DNA of 64,000 nucleotides from IMG/VR virus record IMGVR_UViG_3300042270_000651, positions 1 through 64,000 of that record, one strand, 5' to 3'. Position numbers and translations under genes: made by a program. The notes under the pieces are model-generated. The model worked only from the letters and a program-made list of their open reading frames with translations, was not told the origin of the DNA and made no database searches. Positions 9,314 through 19,092 of the stretch are shown in pieces. Positions within the stretch are counted from its first letter, which is position 1. Every line of letters starts with the position of its first letter. Source of the stretch: a virus. Its lineage: Duplodnaviria; Caudoviricetes.

Positions 9314-9886
9314 CTACATGCGGGGCAGAGTGACGCCCACTTGGTTCTGATACTTCTGGCCGCCCGGCCGATCATTATACGAGACCTCGCACGGTTCCTC
9401 GCCCCGCAGGAACAGGAACTGGCACACGCCCTCGTTGGCGTAAATCTTGGCCGGCAGCGGGTTCGTGTTCGAGAACTCCAGCGTGACGTGACCGCCCCAC
9501 TCGGGCTCCAGCGGCGTGACGTTGACGATGATGCCGCAGCGGGCGTAGGTCGACTTGCCCAGGCAGATCACCAGCAGGTCGCGCGGTATCCAGAACCGCT
9601 CCACCGTCCGGCCCAGCGCGAAGCCGTGCGGCGGCAGGATCAGCTCGGGGCCCTTCACGTCCACGGTGCAACGCGGGTCGAAGTTCTTCGGGTCGATCAC
9701 GCCCTGGAATACGTTCGTGAACACCTTGAACTCGTCGGCCACGCGGGCGTCGTAGCCGTAGCTGGACTGCCCGAAGCTGATGACCTTCTCGTCCTCGACC
9801 TCGCGCACGCAGTCGTCGCGGTACGGCGAGATCATGCCCTCGTTCAGGCACAGGCGGCGGATTTCCTTGTCGGCCAGGACCCCCAT
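9314..9886 (-). CDS. dcd: dCTP deaminase
   Basis: [15 protein letters not shown] and TPLEPEWGG motifs. Confidence 0.95.
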   Translation of the reverse strand: MGVLADKEIRRLCLNEGMISPYRDDCVREVEDEKVISFGQSSYGYDARVADEFKVFTNVFQGVIDPKNFDPRCTVDVKGPELILPPHGFALGRTVERFWIPRDLLVICLGKSTYARCGIIVNVTPLEPEWGGHVTLEFSNTNPLPAKIYANEGVCQFLFLRGEEPCEVSYNDRPGGQKYQNQVGVTLPRM

Positions 9887-10296
9887 CAGGCGATCCCCTT
9901 CAGCTTGGCCAGGGCTCGGCCGTCCTGCGTCGGGAACAGCGAACGGTGGCGCTGCTTGCCGTCGTCGATGACGAGGCCCTTGTCGATCAGGCTGGTGGCG
10001 GCGCGCGACAGGTTCTTGGACGCGGCGTCGACCTTGCCCGACGTGGCGTAGGCGGTGGTCGTGCGGCCGGGCTCCTCGATGACGGCCGCCAGCAGGGCGC
10101 GTACCAGCTTGCCCAGCAGGACGTCGTCAGGGCTGTTGCCCTCGGTGGCCGGGGCGATCTGCGTGGCGTCCTCGAAGAACGTCTCGAACAGGCCGGCGTC
10201 CACCTTGCCGGTCGTGCCGTCGGGCAACTCGTAGACGTACTCCTCGCCCATCTTGATCGCGGTGACGGTGTCAGCCTTCGGCTTGAAGCTGCTCAC
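9886..10296 (-). CDS. Hypothetical protein with winged-helix-like C-terminus
   Basis: [15 protein letters not shown]...PTQDGR. Confidence 0.55.
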   Translation of the reverse strand: MSSFKPKADTVTAIKMGEEYVYELPDGTTGKVDAGLFETFFEDATQIAPATEGNSPDDVLLGKLVRALLAAVIEEPGRTTTAYATSGKVDAASKNLSRAATSLIDKGLVIDDGKQRHRSLFPTQDGRALAKLKGIA

Positions 10297-10350
10297 TCTT
10301 CCCTCCTTGGTGGTCTGTGTCAGGTGTGCAATTGATTTCAGCCAGCCCGG

Positions 10351-10549
10351 TCAGCGGTGCCGGTACTGGCACTTGTCGCTCATGCCCACGCCTTCCAGGT
10401 GCAGGCCCGCGTCGAAGTACCCCCGCAACACCCCGCGCAGCGCCTCGTAGACGTCCCCATCGTAGGTAGCAGGCGTTGGCGACCTTGCGCAGCTCCTTGT
10501 AATGCTCGACGAGGATGATCTCGGCCAGGGTGGCGGGGGTCCGGGTCAT
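10351..10549 (-). pseudogene. Small gene frameshifted by a 4-bp duplication
   Basis: GTAGGTAG at 10462-10469; removing one copy gives a clean 64-aa ORF. Confidence 0.55.
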
Positions 10550-10751
10550 ACGACGATCTCTCCGATCTTGCGCATGGACGAGCACTTTAGCTCCCACTCG
10601 ACGGGCTTGCCCTGCTCGTCCCGCTTCACGGGGCGGAGCGTCTGCCAGTGCGTGCGCAGCTGGCGAACGTAGCGGTCCCATGCTTTCTGGAAGTCGGTGT
10701 AGCGGTACAGTCCATGGTTCATCGTTCTCGCCCTCCTTGGCGGTCGGTGGC

Positions 10752-11009
10752 TTACTGCTTGGCGGCTTCAATCCAGGCCCGCAGCTGGGCCTCGGTCATG
10801 GCGCCGACGTGGGTCTTGCCGTTCATCTTCAGCGTCGGCAGGCCCTTGATGCCTTCCTTGCTGCCGCGCTCGGCCTGCTCCATCACGTCGACATACTCGA
10901 ACTCGATCTCGGGGTGGTCGGCCATCACGGCCTTCATCGTGGTCTTCAGGCCCGAACAGGGGGCACACCACGGGGCACCGAACATTTCCAGCTTCACGTT
11001 GTCCTCCAT
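10752..11009 (-). CDS. Thioredoxin-like protein
   Basis: WCAPC active site and cis-Pro LPTL motif. Confidence 0.85.
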   Translation of the reverse strand: MEDNVKLEMFGAPWCAPCSGLKTTMKAVMADHPEIEFEYVDVMEQAERGSKEGIKGLPTLKMNGKTHVGAMTEAQLRAWIEAAKQ

Positions 11010-11101
11010 GACTGTTGCTGGCGCGAGTGTACCACGGCCGGCGGAAACGATGAGCAGGCGGGTGCCCTTGGATCACGGTCTGGAGCAGGGTCTGCCCCAC
11101 C

Positions 11102-11425
11102 CTACTTGGGCGAGACGTGCTTCCAGGCGAACTCGACCGTCAGGCCGAAGGTGCCTCGGTGCTGGGCGATCATGTGCTCGAACTTCTCGCGGGTCGCCTC
11201 CTTCTCCAGGGCCTCGTACACCAGGACCAGGGCCGATGCCGTAGTCGGATCCACCCACAGGGGGTCGAAGTCGGCGTGCTCCTCGTTGAACTCCCATAGG
11301 CCATCCTCGTCAAAGTCGCCTTCGTCGGGCCACACGAAATGGCGGCTGGTCTTGGTGTCCTTGATCTTGCGCAGCATGAACAGGCTGGCGAAACAGATCG
11401 GGTACTCGCGGGTCAGGTCAGTCAT
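11102..11425 (-). CDS. Hypothetical protein
   Basis: ORF with AAGGAGG RBS and typical codon usage. Confidence 0.6.
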   Translation of the reverse strand: MTDLTREYPICFASLFMLRKIKDTKTSRHFVWPDEGDFDEDGLWEFNEEHADFDPLWVDPTTASALVLVYEALEKEATREKFEHMIAQHRGTFGLTVEFAWKHVSPK

Positions 11426-11449
11426 TATTCTTGCCCCTCCTTGGGTCTG

Positions 11450-11887
11450 TCAGAGCAGATCAAAATAATCGGCGACGTACTCGGAACATCCGGCGATGAA
11501 GTCTTCCTGCTCCTTGCTCGGGTCCATGTTCATGGTCGCCTCGTAGCAAATGGCGGCGATCTGCTGATCCGTGACGGTGTCGGGTATCGCGCCATTCCCC
11601 TTGCTGAACACCTTCTGCCTCACGTCATCGGCGCAGAGCAGGAACGGAGTGAAGTACCCGATCTCGTGCAGAGTGTCCTCAGCCATCATACGCTTGGCTG
11701 CCGCGTCGGCGGTTTCAACCTCGCTGATCAGCTTATCGACGGTGGCCTTGGCCTCTTTGATAACCTCGCCGGCCGCCTTGTATGCCGGGCCGTCGTACTC
11801 CAGGCCGCACGCCCACACCACCTCCTCGTTCCAGTTGTGGCTGTTCGCGCAGGCCCGGAGGATTTTCAGGGCGTCAAGCTCAGTCAT
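11450..11887 (-). CDS. Hypothetical protein, tandem paralog 3
   Basis: MMAEDTLHEIGY motif shared with neighbours. Confidence 0.7.
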   Translation of the reverse strand: MTELDALKILRACANSHNWNEEVVWACGLEYDGPAYKAAGEVIKEAKATVDKLISEVETADAAAKRMMAEDTLHEIGYFTPFLLCADDVRQKVFSKGNGAIPDTVTDQQIAAICYEATMNMDPSKEQEDFIAGCSEYVADYFDLL

Positions 11888-12293
11888 CGTGGTCGTCCTC
11901 CTTATGCCACTCGATGATCTGTTCGGCCGCCGTGTTCAACACGTCCCCATAGAACTCGCCGTACCCCACGGGCAGGTCTTCGGCTGACAGGGCGCTGTCG
12001 ATGGCCGCTGTCAGGTCCTCATGCGGCACGGCTTTGACGAAGCCGTACTCGTCCTTCAGGCGCTCCAGCACGTCGTCGTGCGTCGCGTAGGAGATCGGAA
12101 CGTGCCCGGTCTCCGACATGGCGTCCTCGGCCATCTTGAGCTTGGTGTGCGGCTCGGCCTTCTCCACGGAAGCCACGAGCTTTGCTGCGGTGCTTACGGC
12201 TTCGTGCTGCTTGGCGTATAGGTCAGGGTGAGGGTCGCCCTTGACGAGTTCCAGGAGTACCTTCAATGCCTCCAGGTCGGTCATCTTACCCAT
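11880..12293 (-). CDS. Hypothetical protein, tandem paralog 2
   Basis: KMAEDAMSETGH motif. Confidence 0.7.
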   Translation of the reverse strand: MGKMTDLEALKVLLELVKGDPHPDLYAKQHEAVSTAAKLVASVEKAEPHTKLKMAEDAMSETGHVPISYATHDDVLERLKDEYGFVKAVPHEDLTAAIDSALSAEDLPVGYGEFYGDVLNTAAEQIIEWHKEDDHDD

Positions 12294-12687
12294 GGTCGGC
12301 CTCCCACAGGCTGTCCTTCTCGACCAGCTGGTCAGCGATCATCTGAGCGGTCGCCTTCTGGACCTCCTCGACCTCCAGGTGCCGGACGGCCCGCTCCATG
12401 GCCTTGGCCAGCTCGGCGTCGGTAACCAGGGCCGTGCTCATGCCGGCGGCGGTCAGGCGGTCGCGCACGAGCCCCACCGACACGAAGAACGGGGCCACGT
12501 AGCCCAGCTCGTTCAGGGCCTCGTCGATCATGCGGATCGTGTCGCCGCTCTTCTGGCTGTGCACGGCGTCCAGCATCTGACGGGTCTGGGACAGGGCGCC
12601 CATCAGGGGCTGGTGCTCTTCCAGGCTCTCATCGACGTTGGCGTCGACGAACTCCCACAGCGCCTCGATGGCTTCGTGGTCTTTCAT
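12286..12687 (-). CDS. Hypothetical protein, tandem paralog 1
   Basis: RMIDEALNELGY motif. Confidence 0.7.
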   Translation of the reverse strand: MKDHEAIEALWEFVDANVDESLEEHQPLMGALSQTRQMLDAVHSQKSGDTIRMIDEALNELGYVAPFFVSVGLVRDRLTAAGMSTALVTDAELAKAMERAVRHLEVEEVQKATAQMIADQLVEKDSLWEADHG

Positions 12688-13075
12688 GTTGCCCTCCTTG
12701 GCGTCTTACATCAGGTCTGCAATTGATTTCAGCGGTCCGGCAGCAGCACCTTCACCATCTTGCGGTGGCCCACAGCGGTCCGGGCGAGGTTCCGGTTCCG
12801 GCGGTAGCCGTGCCGCCACAGGGCCAGCCACCCACACAGGGTCGTGGCGTGCGCCACGATGATGCGCCGACGACCTCTTACGGGGGCCGGGGACAGCACC
12901 AGACGAATGCCGTGCGGTAGGTGCCGGACGCGGGCGCTCACAGCACACCCACCAGCTTCAGGCCCACCACAATCAGGGCGCCGGCCACGGCCATCTTGCC
13001 GATCAGGGCCCACTCACGTTCGTTCAGTCTCATGTCGATCATCGCATCCATAGTCGGGTCCTCCTCAGTCTAGCG

Positions 13076-13288
13076 TTACACGAGCATGAAGGCGATGACC
13101 GCGCCCGCCGACAGGCCGGTGCTGGCGACCCAGAGCTTGCGCAGGAAGTCCGCGTCGGTGCGCCCCGTCGAGCGGACCCGGCCCGTTTCCCAGGTCTTGA
13201 GGTCGTCCCAGGTGGCCTCGCCGACCACCCGAACCTCACCCGCGATCTGGACTACTTCCTTGGGGGTTCCGTTGATTACCGCGATCAT
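13076..13288 (-). CDS. Small protein with hydrophobic C-terminus
   Basis: AAGGAGG RBS; follows promoter at 13340-13367. Confidence 0.55.
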   Translation of the reverse strand: MIAVINGTPKEVVQIAGEVRVVGEATWDDLKTWETGRVRSTGRTDADFLRKLWVASTGLSAGAVIAFMLV

Positions 13289-13424
13289 GTCCTGGCCTCC
13301 TTGCCTGATGCGATGGGGGAGAATTGTTCCCGTACCGTCAGGCTAACAAGAGACCCGGTGGCATCAAAACTGAAAGCGACACGGCAGTGAAATTGATTGC
13401 AGGGCTACGGCCCGCCCAACCGAC

Positions 13425-13571
13425 TCAGTACAAGAAGATGAACAGCACGACCAGCGCCATCAGAACCATATAAATCAAGCACCCGTTGGCGAATACATTT
13501 GCCGTCCCACTGACTTCTTTCCTGACCTCATCCCGAAACCTAGTGGGCTTATCCTGGTCCCCCTTGGACAT
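13425..13571 (-). CDS. 48-aa membrane peptide
   Basis: MSKGDQDKP...LIYMVLMALVVLFIFLY with GGAG RBS in an AT-richer patch. Confidence 0.5.
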   Translation of the reverse strand: MSKGDQDKPTRFRDEVRKEVSGTANVFANGCLIYMVLMALVVLFIFLY

Positions 13572-13684
13572 GACAGACTCCGTTCATAGTGCAGACTATA
13601 GAGCCATGCCATGCCCTCAGGGTCAGGTCAACTCCCCTTAGTTACGGTATCGCACATTCAACTACAGCTACCGTGTAATCGCTT

Positions 13685-13999
13685 TCATGCCGTTTTTCCG
13701 AACGCTTGAACGTCCCCGTCGGGCGTAGCGTACTTATAGCCGGCCACGGTTGCCTCCGTGATCTTTACGAACAACTCGGACCCCGCCAGCATGTCCTCCT
13801 GGGTGTCCTTGACATGGTCGTCGAGCATCCAGGCGAGATCCTCCAGCTCATCGTTACCGACGGCATTCTCAATCTCATCCTCGGGCTCTACCTCCGTCGG
13901 GTCACGCTGCACGCTCAGACGCAGGGTCACCTCCACGGTGCGGACGGGATACTTCTGCGGGTCTTCCATGGTCTCGGCCTCCTTGCCTTGGTCTTTCAC
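13685..13999 (-). CDS. Acidic hypothetical protein
   Basis: ORF; real start may be 13969. Confidence 0.55.
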   Translation of the reverse strand: MKDQGKEAETMEDPQKYPVRTVEVTLRLSVQRDPTEVEPEDEIENAVGNDELEDLAWMLDDHVKDTQEDMLAGSELFVKITEATVAGYKYATPDGDVQAFGKTA

Positions 14000-14400
14000 T
14001 GCGGGTCTGTCGGGTCAACGTAGCGGGTGAACGTGACATTGAAGCCCTGCGTGTTGTGCCGCTGGCCCCACCGATGATGGTTCCCGTAATCGCCGGTCCG
14101 CGCCTTCCAGCCGTCCACCTCGAACTTGGCCAGCTTAGCGGGGTCGGTCTTGCCCTCCGGTGCGGGCACCCACTCCTGCTTGGTCTCGCGCACCTTCCCC
14201 ACGACCTTGCTGGGCGGGGTGAACGTGCACAGGCCCTGGCCGGACGTGGCGGCGATGGCGTAGTCCTCAAAGCTCATCTGGGCCCTGGCCACCACCGTGC
14301 CGGACATCGTGTCCTTCAGCTCGATACCCACGCCCGGCCCGTCGGGTCCCTCGAAGCGGCTGATGCGCAGCGTGCCCTTCAGCGTCTTCTGGTCAGGCAT
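13996..14400 (-). CDS. Hypothetical protein
   Basis: Coupled ORF with RBS. Confidence 0.6.
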   Translation of the reverse strand: MPDQKTLKGTLRISRFEGPDGPGVGIELKDTMSGTVVARAQMSFEDYAIAATSGQGLCTFTPPSKVVGKVRETKQEWVPAPEGKTDPAKLAKFEVDGWKARTGDYGNHHRWGQRHNTQGFNVTFTRYVDPTDPQ

Positions 14401-14824
14401 TACGGGCCTCCTTCAGGAAGCGGTCGATCCGCTCGATCAGCATGTCGTCCGACAGATGGGCCTTGGCGTCTTCGAGAAGCGTGCAGGCCCACGTCACCTG
14501 TCCTTCCAGACGCTCGGCCTTGCTCTCCGGAGCCCCGTCGTCGATGCGGTTGGCCCAAGCGGCGAAGCTGCCCAGCGCCAGGGCGCTGGCCTTGCCGGTG
14601 CACTGGCCGCGCGCCTGACGGTAGATCACGGCGGTCTCGCCTTCGTACACCCAATGCGGCAGGGTGACCTTCTCCGCCCCGACGCCACTCTTGTCCTCAT
14701 GACCCACCAGCAGACCATCCCACTTCATGTCCCTGTCCACGGTGACAATGTTCAGCACTTCACGGGCGCTTTTGCCGGTCTTGTTGCAGTAGGTCTTGCC
14801 AATCTCGATCATGTCTTTTTTCAT
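14393..14824 (-). CDS. Hypothetical protein
   Basis: Coupled ORF with RBS. Confidence 0.6.
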   Translation of the reverse strand: MKKDMIEIGKTYCNKTGKSAREVLNIVTVDRDMKWDGLLVGHEDKSGVGAEKVTLPHWVYEGETAVIYRQARGQCTGKASALALGSFAAWANRIDDGAPESKAERLEGQVTWACTLLEDAKAHLSDDMLIERIDRFLKEARNA

Positions 14825-15144
14825 CCCTCGGCTCCTTCCTTGATGAACTCTTCCATGCTGGCGTACACGCCGAAGCCCAGGTCGAAATCCGCCTGCACAG
14901 CGGCCACGTCCTCGGCACGGAAGACCCAGGCGCGCTCCCAGTCATCGTCACCGGCGGTTTCGCCGGTCAACTGGGCCTCCTCCTCGGGGATCACGCTCGT
15001 GGCGATCTGGTACGTGGCCCCGCAAGCGTTGGGTAGGCCGACCACGTCACCCCGCAGCACCAGGCCGGTGCGCAACACGACGATGTGGTGGTGGGCGTGG
15101 TTCACATTCTTCATGGCGTTCTGATGGGCGCGCATGATGTCCAT
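14821..15144 (-). CDS. Hypothetical protein
   Basis: MDIMRAHQNA with AAGGAGG RBS. Confidence 0.6.
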   Translation of the reverse strand: MDIMRAHQNAMKNVNHAHHHIVVLRTGLVLRGDVVGLPNACGATYQIATSVIPEEEAQLTGETAGDDDWERAWVFRAEDVAAVQADFDLGFGVYASMEEFIKEGAEG

Positions 15145-15215
15145 ACTCTCATCCTCCTTGATACAGGGATGGGCGAGGAAGCCTGCGCCTCCCCGCCCGG
15201 TGACTGCCTGGTCTG

Positions 15216-15407
15216 TTACAGGTAGCTCTCGGCCTTCTCTTCCCCGAAGCGGGTCATCACCTCGGTGGTGAGGGCCACGAAGTGCTCGCAGGTCTCGCTG
15301 CCCACGGGGCCCGGCCGGCGGGAGAGCCGCTCCGTCTGCTGGAGCAGTTCCTGATCGCTCAGGTCCTCGACCGGGATCGTTTCGGTGCGCGGGGGGATGC
15401 AGACCAT
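15216..15407 (-). CDS. Small hypothetical protein
   Basis: RBS; directly behind a promoter and 14-bp motif. Confidence 0.55.
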   Translation of the reverse strand: MVCIPPRTETIPVEDLSDQELLQQTERLSRRPGPVGSETCEHFVALTTEVMTRFGEEKAESYL

Positions 15408-15444
15408 CTCGTTTCGCCCTCCTTGGCTTTATGTCGATGGAGTG

Positions 15445-15491
15445 TGAATTTGATTGCACCATCAGGCTACCAGGGGGTGCTGTGGCTGCAA
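15445..15491 (-). promoter_or_regulatory. Phage promoter with 14-bp motif at +1
   Basis: TTGCAG-16-TAGCCT-5-TGCAATCAAATTCA. Confidence 0.65.
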
Positions 15492-15634
15492 GTGGAAAGC
15501 GACGGGCACCCAGGGGCCAGGAGCGGGTTTGAGCCCGACTCCTGATCCGGCTCTGGCCTGCCCCCGACCTGCCCTGGCCCGGCCCTGGTCCGCCCGTGGG
15601 AGCCTTGGAAAGCCTTGTGGGTGTGCTTTACGGC

Positions 15635-16627
15635 TCAGGCTTGGGTGGGGTGTGGGTCAGGGCTGGTTGCCTCGACCAGCAGCGCGGCGCCCTTCTTGAT
15701 GGCGCTGACCTGCCAGTAGGCGCGGGGGCCGTAGTCGTACACCCCGAAGAAGTCGTCGAACCCGCACTCCGCGCACAGCTCGGCCACCTGCTCTGGACTG
15801 GCGTCGGTCAGGTAGGCGTCCAGGGCGTTCCTGATCTCCCGCCGGTCGGCCGCTGAATATATGGCGTCCCGGTCGACGTTCACGTCCAGAACCCTGTTCA
15901 GGGCGTCCCAGGCCTCCCAGCCGTCAAAGACACGGCGGTCGATAAACGCGCAGCCGGGATACCAGCGGGCGGCCATACGGTCCTGGGACATGGGTTCGCT
16001 GCCCCCCCGGCACACGATCTGGTACGTGTCTCGCGCTGTGTAGAGGGTGCGCGGGAACACCTCGTCGTAGCCCGGAAGCTCGTCCATGGGCTCCGGCGGG
16101 TCCGGCAGGGCGTGCCACAGGTCCCGACCGTATAGGCGCTCCTCGAAACAGCGGCGCCGGAAGGCGTCTTCATCCACACCGCCCCAGGCATCGAGGGCCA
16201 GGGCCCAGGTCACAGCCTCGGGCATCCAGTCCTCGCGCGAAGCCTTGAACTCACGCCACCCCGCAAGCCTCTCATCCGGGCGGGCCGCTTCGTTGGCGAG
16301 CGCGACGATCATGTCGTAGGTCGCCCGCACATCGAGGTGCGCGCACCGGTCCTTGTCGGACTTGCCGATCAGGTAGTCCACGTCGCCCCGGTGCGCCCAG
16401 GCGAGCGCGTTCTCCAGGGTGTCACAGGCGGGCGAGGTCAGGGTCACCTCCCCGATGTCGCCGACCAGGCTCAGATGGCCCGGCGTCCAGGTCAGGAAGA
16501 ACCAGTAGGCGCTGGCCCCGGACTCGGTGCGGAACTCGAAGCACCGGGACGGAATATCCCGTTTCAACACATGGTCCTTCAGGCATTGGTCGGCCAGGAC
16601 CAGGGCTCGGGTTGCATCATCCTTCAT
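15635..16627 (-). CDS. Hypothetical phage protein
   Basis: 330-aa ORF containing YWFFLTWTPGHLSLVGDIG. Confidence 0.65.
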   Translation of the reverse strand: MKDDATRALVLADQCLKDHVLKRDIPSRCFEFRTESGASAYWFFLTWTPGHLSLVGDIGEVTLTSPACDTLENALAWAHRGDVDYLIGKSDKDRCAHLDVRATYDMIVALANEAARPDERLAGWREFKASREDWMPEAVTWALALDAWGGVDEDAFRRRCFEERLYGRDLWHALPDPPEPMDELPGYDEVFPRTLYTARDTYQIVCRGGSEPMSQDRMAARWYPGCAFIDRRVFDGWEAWDALNRVLDVNVDRDAIYSAADRREIRNALDAYLTDASPEQVAELCAECGFDDFFGVYDYGPRAYWQVSAIKKGAALLVEATSPDPHPTQA

Positions 16628-16860
16628 GCCGCACAGCCCTCCCGCTCCATCTGACCCACACGGGGCGGGAACGGCAGGCCCGCGCTCAGGCGTGCCTCCT
16701 TCTCCACGTAGAGATCATACATCTCGGCCTCCAGCCGCACGTAAACCGCCTTCTCCAGCAGGGTCATCGCCCCGCCCTGGCCGTCCAGGTGCTGGCGGAT
16801 TTCCCGGATGCGGGTGTCGATCTCGGGCGTGGCCATCTTGCTGATCGTGTCGTCACACAT
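16624..16860 (-). CDS. Hypothetical protein
   Basis: RBS; coupled ORF. Confidence 0.5.
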   Translation of the reverse strand: MCDDTISKMATPEIDTRIREIRQHLDGQGGAMTLLEKAVYVRLEAEMYDLYVEKEARLSAGLPFPPRVGQMEREGCAA

Positions 16861-16880
16861 AGTCTCTCGTCCTCCTTGAC

Positions 16881-17129
16881 CTACAGGCCGCAGTGCTCGC
16901 AGGCGATGGTCTCACCGTCCACGACATCCATGGACCAGTGCCCCACCCGGTTGCCGTTGACGTCAAACAGGTGCATCACCGAGAGGTCGTGGAGCGGCCC
17001 GTTCTCCAATTCCTTGGCGACACCTTTGAGCACGCGCGCCACTTCGCGGTGCGGGTCCTCCTGGAACGCGGCGTTGCCGCTGTTGATCTTCATGGTGAAC
17101 TGTACGGTCTTGTGGGTCTTGTCGGCCAT
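16881..17129 (-). CDS. Small phage protein
   Basis: NAAF..EVARVL..LFDVNGNRVG pattern. Confidence 0.65.
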   Translation of the reverse strand: MADKTHKTVQFTMKINSGNAAFQEDPHREVARVLKGVAKELENGPLHDLSVMHLFDVNGNRVGHWSMDVVDGETIACEHCGL

Positions 17130-17784
17130 TGGTGGTCTCCTCCTTGAGGTCTTCCATCTTCCGAAGAGTGCTGCGGGCCTGGGACAGCGAGCGGCTGTAG
17201 TCCCGCATCATCTGCTCGAACATCTTGTCGGAGGCCGCCGCCTGCTTGCCGCCCCGCTCCAGCAGGGACAGGGCCGCCGCCAGCGACGCCAGGACCTGGG
17301 TCATCTCGTCCCGCAGGTGCTCGACCTGCCAGCGGGCGTGCTCGGCCTGGGTCCGGAAGGTCTCGGCGATGCCCGCCATATGCTCGACCGTGCGCCACTC
17401 GCGCTTGGCCTGCTCCAGGACCTGCTCGGCAGGCGTGCCGGGGTTCAGGGCCGTGCAGATCCGCTCGAACAGCGGGGCCGGGATCACCACATCCTCGGAT
17501 ACGCCCACGCCCCCGTCGTCATCCCCAAACAAGCAGGCCTGGCGGACCTCCTCCAGAACGAGGGCCAGAAGCTCGACCTGGGCCCGACGGGCCTCCGCGT
17601 CGTGGGCAAGCAGCCGCATCTCGGCCTGAGCATAATCTGCGCTGACCGGTTCACACGGGGGCGGGCACGTCACCCACTCCCCCGCGTGGTTCACGTAGTG
17701 CCACTGGCCGTCGCTGCCCTTGGCGTAATACTGCACGCCCTTGAGCGTGGTCAGGGGCGGGATCGGGTCTTTGCGTCCGGGCAT
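16963..17784 (-). CDS. Hypothetical coiled-coil protein
   Basis: RBS; 3' end overlaps the next gene. Confidence 0.55.
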   Translation of the reverse strand: MPGRKDPIPPLTTLKGVQYYAKGSDGQWHYVNHAGEWVTCPPPCEPVSADYAQAEMRLLAHDAEARRAQVELLALVLEEVRQACLFGDDDGGVGVSEDVVIPAPLFERICTALNPGTPAEQVLEQAKREWRTVEHMAGIAETFRTQAEHARWQVEHLRDEMTQVLASLAAALSLLERGGKQAAASDKMFEQMMRDYSRSLSQARSTLRKMEDLKEETTNGRQDPQDRTVHHEDQQRQRRVPGGPAPRSGARAQRCRQGIGERAAPRPLGDAPV

Positions 17785-17868
17785 TCGATCCTCCTTGATC
17801 TTGCGTGCAATTGATTTCAGGCAGGGGGCGACACCTGTGCCTCGGCCCCCACCCCTTTCGTGATCCGG

Positions 17869-18414
17869 TCAGGCGTCCAGGCTGGCCACATCTTCCGGGG
17901 TCACGCCCCGCAGCGGGAAGGTCTTGACCAGGGCCACCGGGTAGTAGCCGTCGTGACCTTCGTTCTTGGCGTAGCGGCCCTTGTCGTGCGGCGCCTTCTG
18001 GAAGCCCCGGTACACCTCGAAGGTCATCTCGTCGAGGTTCAGCACGTATGCCCACTCGCAGAACAGGCTCTCATTCACGAAGCCGGTGCCGTCCGTCATC
18101 AGGCCGATGGCGAGCTGCTGGTCCAGGTGGCCCTGGTAGCCGCGCAGCACCGAATACCAGTCCCCGCGATTGCCGATCAGCTCGTGCAGCTTGGCCAGGT
18201 CGTCCACCTGCTTCTGAGTGGGTGTCCCGTCTTCGGGCACCAGCGTCAGGGCGCGGGCCTTCTCGATCAGGCCATCCGGCCCCCACTCGTTCAGCATCTT
18301 GCGCACCTGCTCGGCCAGGTCCCGCCCAAGGCCGCCGGGGTAGCTGTCCATATGCTTGTAGGTCAGCTTGTCGGTGCCATCGACATGCACGCCATAGCTT
18401 CCGCGCGTACCCAT
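17869..18414 (-). CDS. Phage protein of MGTRG...DSYP type
   Basis: MGTRGSYG, HMDSYP and FCEWAYVLNLD motifs. Confidence 0.7.
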   Translation of the reverse strand: MGTRGSYGVHVDGTDKLTYKHMDSYPGGLGRDLAEQVRKMLNEWGPDGLIEKARALTLVPEDGTPTQKQVDDLAKLHELIGNRGDWYSVLRGYQGHLDQQLAIGLMTDGTGFVNESLFCEWAYVLNLDEMTFEVYRGFQKAPHDKGRYAKNEGHDGYYPVALVKTFPLRGVTPEDVASLDA

Positions 18415-18544
18415 GTCTTCGTCCTCCTTGACGTTTTGCAATTGATTTCAGGCAGTCCTCTGCGAAACAGGGGGAGACAGGCGTGTCTCGGGGTCCTCTG
18501 CTTCGGCGAGGGGTGGGGCCTCGGTCTTCCCCACCCGCCCCTCC

Positions 18545-18850
18545 TCACGCCAGGCCCAGGTTACGCAGGGCGTTCAGGCACTGCTTCACCTCGTCGAGCT
18601 GCTCCTGGAACAGGGAAACTTCGTCCAGCTCCAGGTCGGTGCCCTTCGTGCCCAGGCGGAAGCCGTCGCGGTCGCGCTTCAGGTAGACCAGCCGGCCCAG
18701 GGCGTCGCTGATGCCCCCGACCGTGCGCCACCCCCAGCGCGGGTTGTAGCTGGCCTCCACGCCGTAGAGCCCCAGCACCTTGACAGCGCGGATGAGTGTC
18801 TGCTCGTTCAGTTGGGGCTTGGTCGGGGTCTTGGTGGCGATGGCGTTCAT
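18545..18850 (-). CDS. Hypothetical protein
   Basis: RBS and ORF. Confidence 0.6.
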   Translation of the reverse strand: MNAIATKTPTKPQLNEQTLIRAVKVLGLYGVEASYNPRWGWRTVGGISDALGRLVYLKRDRDGFRLGTKGTDLELDEVSLFQEQLDEVKQCLNALRNLGLA

Positions 18851-18868
18851 ATCAGGCGTCCCTCCTTG

Positions 18869-18904
18869 GACTTGTTCGGTGACTTGTTCGGTGACTTGTT
18901 CGGT
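18869..18904. repeat. 3 x 12-bp tandem repeat GACTTGTTCGGT
   Basis: Three perfect copies next to an RBS. Confidence 0.9.
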
Positions 18905-18909
18905 GGGTC

Positions 18910-19092
18910 TTACATCACGTCCCGGATCAGGGCGGCCTGATCCATGTCCGACAGGTGGCCCATCTCCACCAGGTTGCCCGCTTCGATCATCTCGTAGGCG
19001 GCGTCGGCGAACAGGTCCGTGTCGTCCTCGGCGATCATTCCGTAGTTCAGGGCCTCGCGGGTCAGCTCGTTCACTCGGTTGATGGTACCCAT
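18910..19092 (-). CDS. Small acidic protein
   Basis: RBS; behind promoter at 19156-19183. Confidence 0.55.
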   Translation of the reverse strand: MGTINRVNELTREALNYGMIAEDDTDLFADAAYEMIEAGNLVEMGHLSDMDQAALIRDVM

